In this document: piece after piece, positions 27,705 to 38,765 of the stretch | How the letters are laid out: each line of letters opens with the position of its first letter | Numbering within the stretch: position 1 is the stretch's first letter | Origin: Eledone cirrhosa | Lineage: Eukaryota | Assembly: GCA_964016885.1 (NCBI GenBank) | Contig: OZ024743.1 | Span: 192,014,001-192,078,000, forward strand | DNA length: 64,000 nucleotides | Direction: 5' to 3' | The notes under the pieces: model-generated | The model's database searches: none | The model's input: the letters and a program-made list of their open reading frames with translations, nothing else | What the model was told of the DNA's origin: nothing | Translations under genes and position numbers: made by a program

Positions 27705-27921
27705 TGTGTACCCACTCACATTAACTGTGACTGACTGTATCCCTACAGATTTGATTGATGTCCAGCGTATTTTGCAGCGATAGAAATCTGAAAACTTTTA
27801 TGACCTCAACTGAAGTTAATAGCAGTCGCCGTGTTTCTGATTGGTGTGTCTCCATATGAGGGAATGAATTCTGTGAGAGAACATCGTTATTTTTTCTCCC
27901 TCATATCAAGAATTTGAAGAC

Positions 27922-28014
27922 AATTCATTTTCACCTGATGAGATCAGTGATTATCGATCATGGCTTCACAATCGATCTATCTTTTATTGAAACATGTGTC
28001 GTGATTAAATGATT
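27922..28014 (+). ncRNA. Type I hammerhead ribozyme (canonical core)
   Basis: ucac CUGAUGA gauc...uauu GAAAC augu GUC guga; distal stem I aauucauuu/aaaugauu. Confidence 0.7.
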
Positions 28015-28047
28015 GGAACTTTACCTTGCCTTCGGATTTTCATTTTG

Positions 28048-28086
<39 letters not shown>

Positions 28087-28128
28087 ATATATATATACAT
28101 ATACATATATATATATATATATATACAT

Positions 28129-28181
<53 letters not shown>

Positions 28182-28182
28182 C

Positions 28183-30591
28183 AGAGGTCTGTGGCTGGAG
28201 TAAGACCTCAAGCAGGAGGAGAGTGACTTGGTGGTGGAACAATAAGGTAGATGAAGCAGTTAAGGCCAAGAGACAGGCATGGAAAGAATGGAAGAACGGG
28301 GGGAGCAGGGTACATTACATAGAGACCAAGAGGGAAGCTAGGCGACAAGTATACTTAGCTAGGAGGGAAGCAGAGGATAGAAAATTCAAGCATGTTTTAC
28401 AACGTGAGGACCAGAAACAGGAGGTATTCAAGATTGCAAGGCAGTGTGTCAGAGATAGTTGTGATGTCATTGGAGAGAAGTGTATCCGGAATGATAAAGG
28501 TGAGCTTGCCTCGCAAGTGCTGAGAAGAAAGATGCATGGAAGAGTCATTATGATAGATTACTAAATGAGGAGAATGCATGGGAAGAAGAGACCCTACCCC
28601 AAGTAGACCCTATAGAGGGACCAGCAGTACAAGTCAGCAGCAGCGTAGTAAGTAAGGCAATCAAAGATATGAAGATGGGGAAGGCAACCAGTCCATCGGA
28701 TATAGCTGCCGAGATGCTGAAGGCATCTGGGTCTGTAGGTCACACTATAACCACACGTATCGTTAACCAGGTAATACTAGAAGGGGCCATACCAAAAGAT
28801 TGGTGCAGTAGCATCATTGTCAACTGCTACAAAGGTAAAGGCGATGCACTAGATAGAGGAAACTATAGAGGTATAAAGTTGATGGACCAGGTCATGAAAG
28901 TAACAGAAAGAGTTATAGCACAGCTGATTAGGGACCGGGTGAATATAGACGAGATGCAATTTGGGTTTGTACCAGGAAGAGGCACCACTGATGCCCTCTT
29001 CCTTGTGAGGCAATTACAGGAAAAGTACCTAGCTAAAAGTAAGCCACTCTACTTGGCATTTGTCGACCTTGAGAAAGCCTTTGACAGAGTTCCACGTGCT
29101 GTAATCTGGTGGGCTCTTAGAAAACTAGGAGTAGATGAATGGCTTGTGAAAGCGGTACAAGCCATGTATAGGGGAGCAGTCAGCAAAGTTAGGATTAGCA
29201 ATGAGTATAGCGAGGAATTTAGCGTACAGGTTGGGGTCCACCAGGGCTCTGTTCTTAGCCCTCTCCTGTTCATCATAATCCTGCAGGCAATAACGGAGGA
29301 GTTTAAGACCGGATGCCCATGGGAACTCCTGTATGCTGATGACCTCGCACTCATAGCTGAATCTATGGTAGAACTAGAGAATAAATTCCAAACCTGGAAG
29401 CAGGGACTAGAGAGAAAGGGTCTCAAAGTCAACATGACAAAGACTAAGGTCCTTGTAAGTAGACGAGAAAACAGAACCCAGATCCCCTCAGGGAAATGGC
29501 CTTGCTCAGTATGTAGGAAAGGTGTAGGTAGGAACTCCATTCTCTGCCCCAAATGCAAACAATGGGTACACAAGAGATGTAGCGGGATCTCAGGAAGCTT
29601 AATTAAGAATGTAGGATTCACATGCAGCAGCTGTGCTGAAACAGCAAGCAGCCACAGGAAACAAGTACCACCAATCTCTGGGAGGGCCCTGTAGAAACAG
29701 TAGACAGCTTCTGCTACCTAGGTGACCGAATTAGCAACGGAGGTGGGTGTTCAGAAAGTACAATAACTAGGGTAAGAACGGGATGGAAGAAGTTTAGGGA
29801 ACTACTACCACTGCTAGCTGCAAAAGGCTTCTCCCTCAGAATGAAAGGCAGACTGTATGATGCGTGTATCCGAACAGCGATGTTGCATGGTAGTGAGACC
29901 TGGGCGCTGAAGGTGGAAGACTTACGTAGATTAGAGAGAAACGAAGCCTGCATGCTCCGATGGATGTGTAACAGTAATATACGTGAACGACAAAGCATAA
30001 ATGAATTGAGAGAGAGACTGAGCATAAGAGGAATCAAATGCTGTGTGCAGGAGAGGCGGTTGCGCTGGTATGGACATGTGATGCGTATGAAGGATGACAG
30101 CTGCATAAAAAGGTGCAGAGCACTAGAAGTTGATGGAAACCGCGGAGTGGGGAGACCCAAGATGACCTGGGATGAGGTGATAAAAGCCGACCTTACCCAA
30201 TTACACCTCTCAAAGACAATGACACACGACCGTGACTTCTGGCGTCACGCAGTAATACAGAGTACCCGACCTCCCATGGGTACATGCTGAAGCATATAAA
30301 CAATATGCCCCCACACACCCCACCGCAAGGTGGTCGTGGAGGTGCCACGGCAAAAAAGCACCCAGCCCACACTGTAAAGTGGACGTGTAGGCGCCACGAA
30401 AAAGCACCCAGCACTCACTGTAAATGAGGTTGGTGTTAGGAAGGGCATCCAGCTGTAGAAATCAAGCCAGATCAGTTTCTGTATGAGCAAGGCATGGTCA
30501 GCCGACCAGACACTGCACACAACAGGACAACCCGTCTAACCCATGCTAGCGTGGAAGAACGGACGTAAAACGGTGATGATGATGATGATGA
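28183..30591 (+). mobile_element. 5'-truncated RTE LINE (family B), frameshifted
   Basis: ORF pieces 28183-28564, 28669-29694, 29841-30290; distinct 3' UTR; (GAT)n tail; TA tracts on both sides. Confidence 0.93.
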
Positions 30592-30634
30592 TACACATAT
30601 ATATATATATATACATACACATATATATATACAT

Positions 30635-30680
<46 letters not shown>

Positions 30681-30682
<2 letters not shown>

Positions 30683-32511
30683 TGCTTTCATGGTATAATG
30701 TAACGTACAAATATTTCTTCACTTTTCCACCATTTTAATTCCTTAGTCCATTCGTCATTCTGTATCATTTTTCCCCGAATCCAATCTTTGCCTTTCTACT
30801 CGATACTCTGTCGTATTTTCCAAAACAAATCTTGTATCATTGTTTTTATGCTTGTTAAATTATGCCCAAAATACGGGGATCTTATTTAAACCTTAACCTT
30901 CTCACTAACTACCCAATATCCCTCCCACCCGCCCCCACGCACCACCATTATTACGTGGGCCAATCATAAGTCAGAGGCCATTACTATCGCTTACCTGGTT
31001 GCCTTTCGATATGATGGATGGACTACCGAATTCTGGAAGTTGAAAAGAAAAATCTGGACGCTCAGTGACAATGCCAAAGATAAAAACAAATTCACCTTAT
31101 GGACGAGAATGCAAGGACTCCTCCTCTTTGTTTCGGCCGCGGATGGCTAACATAACACCATCTCCCCCCCCCCCCCCCCCCCTCCCCCGCTCCCCACCTT
31201 CCAAACGCAATCCAAATCTTCAGAGTTGATACCATGAATGTAGGCACCTTAAAGGGTCGCTCTAACGAGGTTGTAGAAATGCTTGAACGTAAGGAGGTCG
31301 ATGTTTGTTGTATTCAAGAGACCAAGTGGAGGGGTGGGTCTGCTAGATTCATCGTGGGTAAGGAACGATGCTATAAGCTTTTCTGGGTGGGAAATGACAA
31401 TGGGCTGGGTGGAGTAGGAATCATGGTAGCAGAAAAGTGGGCAGATAAGATAATAGACGTAAATAGAGTGAACGACAGAATAATTAAAATAAGACTTGTC
31501 CTCAATAGAACTACGGTGACTGTAATATCTGCGTACGCACCCGACTGCCCGGCACTATAAAAGACATTCTATGAGACACTGATGCTCGCTACCTCCCAAA
31601 TAACCAACAGTGACTATATAATTATTGCAGGCGACCTAAATGGTCACGTTGGACAACATTGTGACGGCTATGACGGAATCCATGGAGGCTATGGGTTTGG
31701 TACTAGAAATGAGGAAGGCTCCAGAATCCTGAAATTCTGTGACGCAAATAACCTAACTATCTGTAAGACTAACTTCAAAAAACGAGACAATCACTTGATC
31801 ACCTATAGATCGGGGGAACATACAAGCCAGGTAGATTATATGCTTACCAGGAGACGTGACAGAGTGTCTGTTGGGATCAGATGTTGTTTACTCGAGAGAA
31901 AACTACGTTGGTATGGTCACGTGATGCGCATGAAAGACGACAGCTGTATAAAAAAGTGCAGGGCAATAAAAATAGACGGTAGCCACGGAGTAGGCAGACC
32001 CAGAAAAACCTGGGACGACTTGATAAATTCCGACCTCACACACTTACACCTCTCCAAGACAATGTCACTGGACCGACAGCTTTGGCGCTACACAGTAATA
32101 GAGAAGACCCGCCTTACCTAAGTACAAACTGAAACCTACTACAGTCAGTAGGCACTTCTAACAAAATACACCCCTGTCCCACTACCCACACCCCATCCAC
32201 ACCACCCATTTCAATGTAAAGTTACGTTGGTGTCACAACATCCAGCCCGAAACAAATGAGGTCGTGTAGGTGTCACGACAAAAAAACACACAGTCCATGC
32301 TGTAATGTGGCCGTGTAGGTAACACGGTAAAAACCTCCCAGACCCACACTGTAAATGTGGTTGGTGTTAGGAAGGGCATCCAGCCGTAGAAAACCCACCA
32401 GACAGTCCTATGCGAGCAAGACAACCACTCTTGCCTCAAGTGGGAAAACTCCCGTCCAGACCCATGCAAGCGTGGAATATGGACATTAAACGATGATGAT
32501 GATGATGATGA
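30681..32511 (+). mobile_element. RTE family A internal-deletion derivative (5' UTR + APE fused to the C-terminal tail)
   Basis: 5' region homologous to 50030-50430 reverse complement; junction RRRDRVSV|GIRCCLL at ~31872 removes the whole RT. Confidence 0.92.
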
Positions 32512-32654
32512 TACATATATATATATATATATACATACACATATATATATACATACACATATATATATACATACACATATATATATACATATACATATAT
32601 ATATACATATATATATACATACACATATATATATATATATATATATACATACAC

Positions 32655-32695
<41 letters not shown>

Positions 32696-32779
32696 CATAC
32701 ACATATATATATACATACACATACACATATATATATACATACACATATATATATACATACACACACATATATATATATA

Positions 32780-35700
32780 TATCATCATCATCATCATTTT
32801 ACGTCCGCTTTTCCCTGCTTGCAAGGGTGGGACGGGTCTTATTCAGCACAGCATCTCTCCACTCATCACGGTCCCTCGTCATCTCCACCGTGAGCTTCAA
32901 TGATCTGAGGTCTGTTCTCACCACCTCCGCCCATGTTTTTCGTGGTCTACCTCTACCACGTCTTCCTTCAACTGGCATTTCCTGGCACTTCTTCACCCAT
33001 CGGTCATCCTCCATGCGCATCACATGTTCATACCACCTCAGTCTCCTCTCCCGTACACTACATTCTATCCCTCTCAGACACAGTTTCTCTCTCAACACAT
33101 TTATGCTGGGTCGTTCACGCACATTTACACTGCACATCCAACGGAGCATGCTTGCCTCATTTCTCTCCAGCCGTCGCATATCCTCTGCGGTTGCTGCCCA
33201 TGTCTCACTACGATGCAGCATCGCGCTCCTCACACAGGCATCATACAACCGGCCTTTCGTATGCAGGGAGAAACCCTTCTTCGTCAACAGAGGAAGCAGC
33301 TCCCTAAACTTCTTCCAACCCGTCTTTATTCTAGATACTATGGCCTCGGAACACCCTCCTCCCATGCTAATCTGATCTCCCAGGTACCGGAAGCTATCCA
33401 CCACTTCTATAGCGCCCTCTCGCATTTGAAAAATGTGTCTATCAGTGTGACTTCTACTGTCTAATTTCCCTGTACATCTACTGCATACATATTTCTCCCT
33501 ACCTGTTAGTTTGCCTGCTATCCCGCTACATCTCTTGTGTACCCAGGACCTGCATTGTGTGCATTTTATAGAATTTATGCCAGTTCCTTTTCTGCATATC
33601 AAACATGGCCATTTCCCTGACGGAATCAGGGTTTTGTCCTCTTTTCTACTCATCAACACTTTTGTCTTAGCTAGATTTACTCTCAGTCCTCTTGCTTCCA
33701 ACTGCTGTTTCCATAGCCGGAATTTATTCTCTAGCTCCTCTACTGATTCTGCTATAAGAGCCAGATCGTCAGCATAGAGAAGTTCCCATGGACAGCCAGT
33801 CTTAAACTCCTCTGTTATGGCTTGGAGGACTATAATGAACAAGAGCGGGCTGAGGACCGAACCCTGATGTACTCCTACTTGTATCTGGAATTCCTCACTA
33901 AACTCCATTCCTACCCTGACTTTACTGAGAGTACCTCTGTACAAAGTTTGCACTGTCCTCACAAGCCATTCCTCAACACCTAGCTTCCTTAGGGACCACC
34001 AGATGACAGATCGGGGTACCCTATCAAAGGCCTTCTCTAGGTCAACAAAGGCTGAGTATAGTGGCTTATTCTTCTCTAAGAACCTCTCTTGCATTTGTCT
34101 CACCAAGAAGAGGCATCTGTTGTACTCTTCCCAGGCACAAAACCAAACTGCATCTCATCTAGTTTGACCCTTTCTCTAATTAGTTGTGCTAAAATCCTTT
34201 CTGCCACTTTCATAACCTGATCTATCAGTTTTATACCCTATAATTGCTCCTCTCCAAAGCATCCCCTTTACCTTTGTAGCAATTTATGAGAATACTGCTG
34301 CACCAGTCTTTGGGTATGACACCACCATATATAGCCTGATTGATGATGCGTGCAACCAGTTTAGTGCCTACGTCCCCTGATGCTTTCAGCATCTCAGCAA
34401 CTATTCCCGATGGTCCGGCCGCCTTACCATTTTTCATTTCCCTAATCGCCTCTTGGACCCTATATTCGTCAATCTCAATAGCTGGTCCCTCTGTTGGATC
34501 TACCAAGGGTAATTTCTCTCTCTCCCATTCGTTCTCCACATTCATCAGTCTCTCATAATGACATTTCCAGGCCTCTTTTTTCTGGTCATTCGTGACACTA
34601 AGTACACCGGCATCATCCCGGACACATTTATCACCAACAACATCCTGATTTGCATTGACACACTGCCTTGCAATGTGGAACACCGCACGCCTCTGATCTT
34701 CCCGTCGCAGAACATTGGCAAACCTCCTACTCTCTGCCTCCCTGCGTGCTAAGTACACCTGACGTCTAGCTTCTCTCTTAGTGGCTGTATATTCTTCCCT
34801 ACTCCCACCCTTTTTCCAAGCCTTCCATGCTAGTCTTTTGTCTCTAATAGCCTTATCTACTGTGCTGTTCCACCACCAGGTCACTCTCTGTCTGGTTGGA
34901 GCTCTGCTCCAGCCACAGGTTTCATCAGTAGCATGCAGCAAGTTGTCACGTAAGTACTTCCAGTTATTATCTATGTCATACGTCTCTAAATCGTCTTCTT
35001 TTTCGTCATATACATCTTGAAGGGCTTTCCTAAATTTGAATTTTAGTGAAAGGTCTTTTAGCTTCCAGACCTTTCTTCTCCACACCTTCCTATATGTCTC
35101 ATTCTATCTCTTGCTTACTGAGATATCACTAACAACTAACCTATGCTGTGGGGTATATTCTTCCCCAGGGTATGCCTTGGTATTAGACACTATCTGCCTG
35201 TCCCGCTGCCTAACTAGCAGGAAGTCAATCTGGCTTATGTGCTCACCAGATTTGTAGGTTATTAGGTGATTGGCAGGTTTCTGGAAGTTTGTGTTGCAAA
35301 TAGTCAATGTACTTGCATCACAAAATTCAAGAAGTCTCACTCCTTCTTCATTTCTTGAACCGTAACCGTGCCCACCATGTACCCCAGTGTAACCATCCTG
35401 GAGCTGTCCAACATGACCATTGAAGTCTCCTGCTAGCATAACGATGTCTCCGTCCTCTGTCATTGTGGTTGTTTGCAAAAGTTGCTCATAAAAGCAGTCT
35501 TTCTCATCTTTGCCTAGGCCTGCTTGGGGAGCATAGACCGAGATGATTGTCAGTAGTTTCCTACCTACAACTAATCTAAGCTTAATTATTCGATTACTAA
35601 CTCGAACTACCTCTATTGTCTTATTGATCCATTTCTCAGCCAGGAAAATGCCTACTCCCCCTAGCCCATCATCCTTATCTACCCAGAATAGCTTATAGCT

Positions 35701-36055
35701 AAGACGCTTGCCTACGACTAGTCTCGCAGAGGCACCTCTCCATCTCACCTCTTGCACGCAGCACACATCCACCTGCCTTCTCTCCAGCATCTCCGCTATT
35801 TCAGCAGATCTACCTCTGAGAGTGCCAACATTAAGTGTTGCAACTCTGAGATGCGACGTCTTCATATTTTTCTATGCTGTTTTGTTGCTGTGCTGATAAG
35901 TTTTTTGGCATTGATACACTGGTTGGATGCCCTTCCTAACACCAGCGCCACTTTACAGCATGGACTGGGTGCTTTTATTTGTGCCACCAGCACTAGAGAG
36001 GATGTCTTACTAGACTCAAGGGCCCCCTCTACCCCTCCATTTTACAGCATGGTCA
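32780..36055 (-). mobile_element. Near full-length RTE LINE (family C), two frameshifts
   Basis: APE 35104-35865, linker 34231-35085, RT 32799-34106; very short 3' UTR then (GAT)n; 5' boundary approximate. Confidence 0.92.
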
Positions 36056-37176
36056 TTAAAAAAAAAAAAAATAAATAAAAAAAACTTATTGACACGACTC
36101 ACACACCAATACTCATGCATACAAAATCAAAATCAAAATCGTCAAAATCACTATCATGTCAACTGTTGACCTTTCCCAGTCCAGTTCGGCTTGTATATAA
36201 TAACAATAACAATAATAATTGTTCGCTTTACGCTGGTAATGGCGGTGGTGGATAGTGTCAGTGTGGTGGTGGTGGATGGTATCAGCGTGGTGGTGGTGGC
36301 AGTTGTTGGTGCTGTAGTTGTTATTGTAGTTGTTGTTGCTGTTGTTGTTGTCCTTCATTTCACTGCTGCTGTTGCTGCAGACAATGGTGTTGATGCTGTT
36401 ATTGCTGTCGCATATATACAAATACATACACACACACACATTCAACACAGACGATGGTGTTGTTGCTGTTGTTGTTGTTGTTGTTGTTGTAGTTGTTGCT
36501 GTGTTGAAATCTGGTCGCATCCACTGAGATATACATATACACACACATACACATATGTATATACACATACATACATCAAAAGAGAGTCAGCAGTATGTCA
36601 ACAGGGGACAGGACAGCGACCTTAGAGTAATCTGGTGATGGTGGGGAGCGAGTGTAGGCGTTATTGTTATTGTGGTGACGGGGGGGGGGGGTCAGTGAGA
36701 TGTTACAAGTTCATAGATCACTTCTCTCTTTTCCTCTCTCTTCAAAATTTTGAATTTATGGCCTTTTGCAATGGCGGACAAGTATATATAATATATATAT
36801 ATGACGCAAAGAAAAGAAAATTTTCACTGATATGAAAGATTTCCTGGTAGAAGTTCAGGTGTATTCAGTGTTGGTATCCAGTGTCGGTGTATCCAATTAG
36901 AAAATCCAACGAATTTTTGAGAGGGGTCCACGCAAGCATATATATAGATATATATATGTATATATGCAAAATGCAAGCAGAAATAACAACACATATACTA
37001 ATGAACATACATTAAACACAGAGGGACTGTAAATGATAATAGCAATATCTAGATATAAATATATATATATATATATATATACATATATATATACATATAT
37101 ATATACATATTTATATACATATATATATATACATATATATATATATACATATATATATATACATATATATATATAC

Positions 37177-37208
<32 letters not shown>

Positions 37209-37210
<2 letters not shown>

Positions 37211-38752
37211 GAGGGCTATACAAGCCATGTATAAAGAAACAGTCAGCAAGGTTAGAATTAACAACGAATATAGTGAAGAGTTTAGCGTAAAAGTTGGCGT
37301 CCATCAGGGCTCTGTTCTCAGTCCACTACTATTTATTATTGCCCTTCAGGCTATAACAGAGGAGTTCAAGACAGGCTGCCCATGGGAACTCCTATACGCA
37401 GACGACCTGACACTCATAGCGGAATCAATGGCCGAGCTAGAGAAGAAATTCCAAACATGGAAGCACGGCCTAGAGTCAAAAGGACTTAAAATTAACCTGG
37501 CTAAGACCAAAGTACTAGTTTGTAGGAAAGAAAACAAGGCGGCGGTCCCTTCTGGGAAATGGTCGTGCTCGGTGTGTAGGAAAGGCGTAGGTAGAAACTC
37601 CATTTTATGTCCTAAATGCAAAGTATGGGTGCATAAAAGATGTAGTGGGATCACAGGTAAGCTAACTAAGAACATAGATTTTACATGTGGCCGGTGCTCT
37701 GGTGCAATAAGTAGCAGCAAGTGCCCACAAACTACTAGCTCTTTCAATTGCGCAGAGGGTTCTATAGAAATAGTGGACAGCTTCCGTTACCTGGGCGATA
37801 AAATCAGCAGTGGGGGAGGGTGCTCTGAAAGTACTGTAGCTAGAGTCAGAACTGGTTGGAAAAAGTTCAGAGAGCTTATACCACTATTAGCTGCTAAAGG
37901 GTTCTCACTAAAAATGAAAGGCAGGTTGTACGATGCCTGCATACGAACAGCAATGCTGCATGGCAGTGAGACCTGGGCATTGTGTGCAGAGGATATACGC
38001 AGACTAGAGAGAAACGAAGCTTGCATGCTCCGCTGGATGTGTAACAGTAATATACGTGAACGGCAAAGCATAAACGAACTAAGGAAAAAATTAGAGATAA
38101 GAGGGATCAGATGTTGTTTACTCGAGAGAAGGCTACGTTGGTATGGACACGTGATGCGCATGAAAGTCGATAGCTGTATAACAAAGTGCAGGGCAATAAA
38201 GATAGACGGTAGTCACGGAATAGGCAGACCTAGAAAAACCTGGGACGAGCTGATAAACTCCGACATCACACACTTACACCTCTCCAAGACAATGTCACTG
38301 GACCGAGACCTTTGGCGGTACTCAGTAACAGAGAAGACCCGCCTTACCTAAATATATAGTAAAACCTACTCCAGCCAGTAGGCATCTCTAACAAAATACA
38401 CCCCGTCCCACCACCACCACCCCCACCCGATCCACACCACCCCGTTCTATGTAAAGTTATGTTGGTGCCGCGCCATCGAGGCCGAAACAAATGAGATCGT
38501 GTAGGTGTCACGACAAAAAAACACACAGTCCACGCTGTAATGTGGCCGTGTAGGCAACACGGTAAAAACCTCCCAGACCCACACTGTAAATGTGGTTGGT
38601 GTTAGGAAGGGCATCCAACTGTAGAAAACCTGCCAGACAGTCCTATGCGAGCAAGACAATCACTCTTGCCTCAAGTGGGACTACCCCCGTCCAAACCCAT
38701 GCAAGCATGGAACACGGACGTTAAACGTTGATGATGATGATGATGATGATGA
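37209..38752 (+). mobile_element. 5'-truncated RTE LINE family A (380-aa open RT C-half)
   Basis: Almost identical to the reverse complement of 2618-4125; starts directly in a (TA)n tract; (GAT)n tail. Confidence 0.95.
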
Positions 38753-38765
38753 TATATATACATAT

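Noticed and set aside
32233-32903. Long IY/CV/HT-rich ORFs (also 28005-28269, 36897-37304, 42098-42610, 1606-2450)
   Set aside because: Translations of (TA)n/(CA)n microsatellites, not genes
36113-36625. Low-complexity 144-151 aa ORFs as a nested gene
   Set aside because: Built from trinucleotide and dinucleotide repeats, with no recognisable domain or splice support
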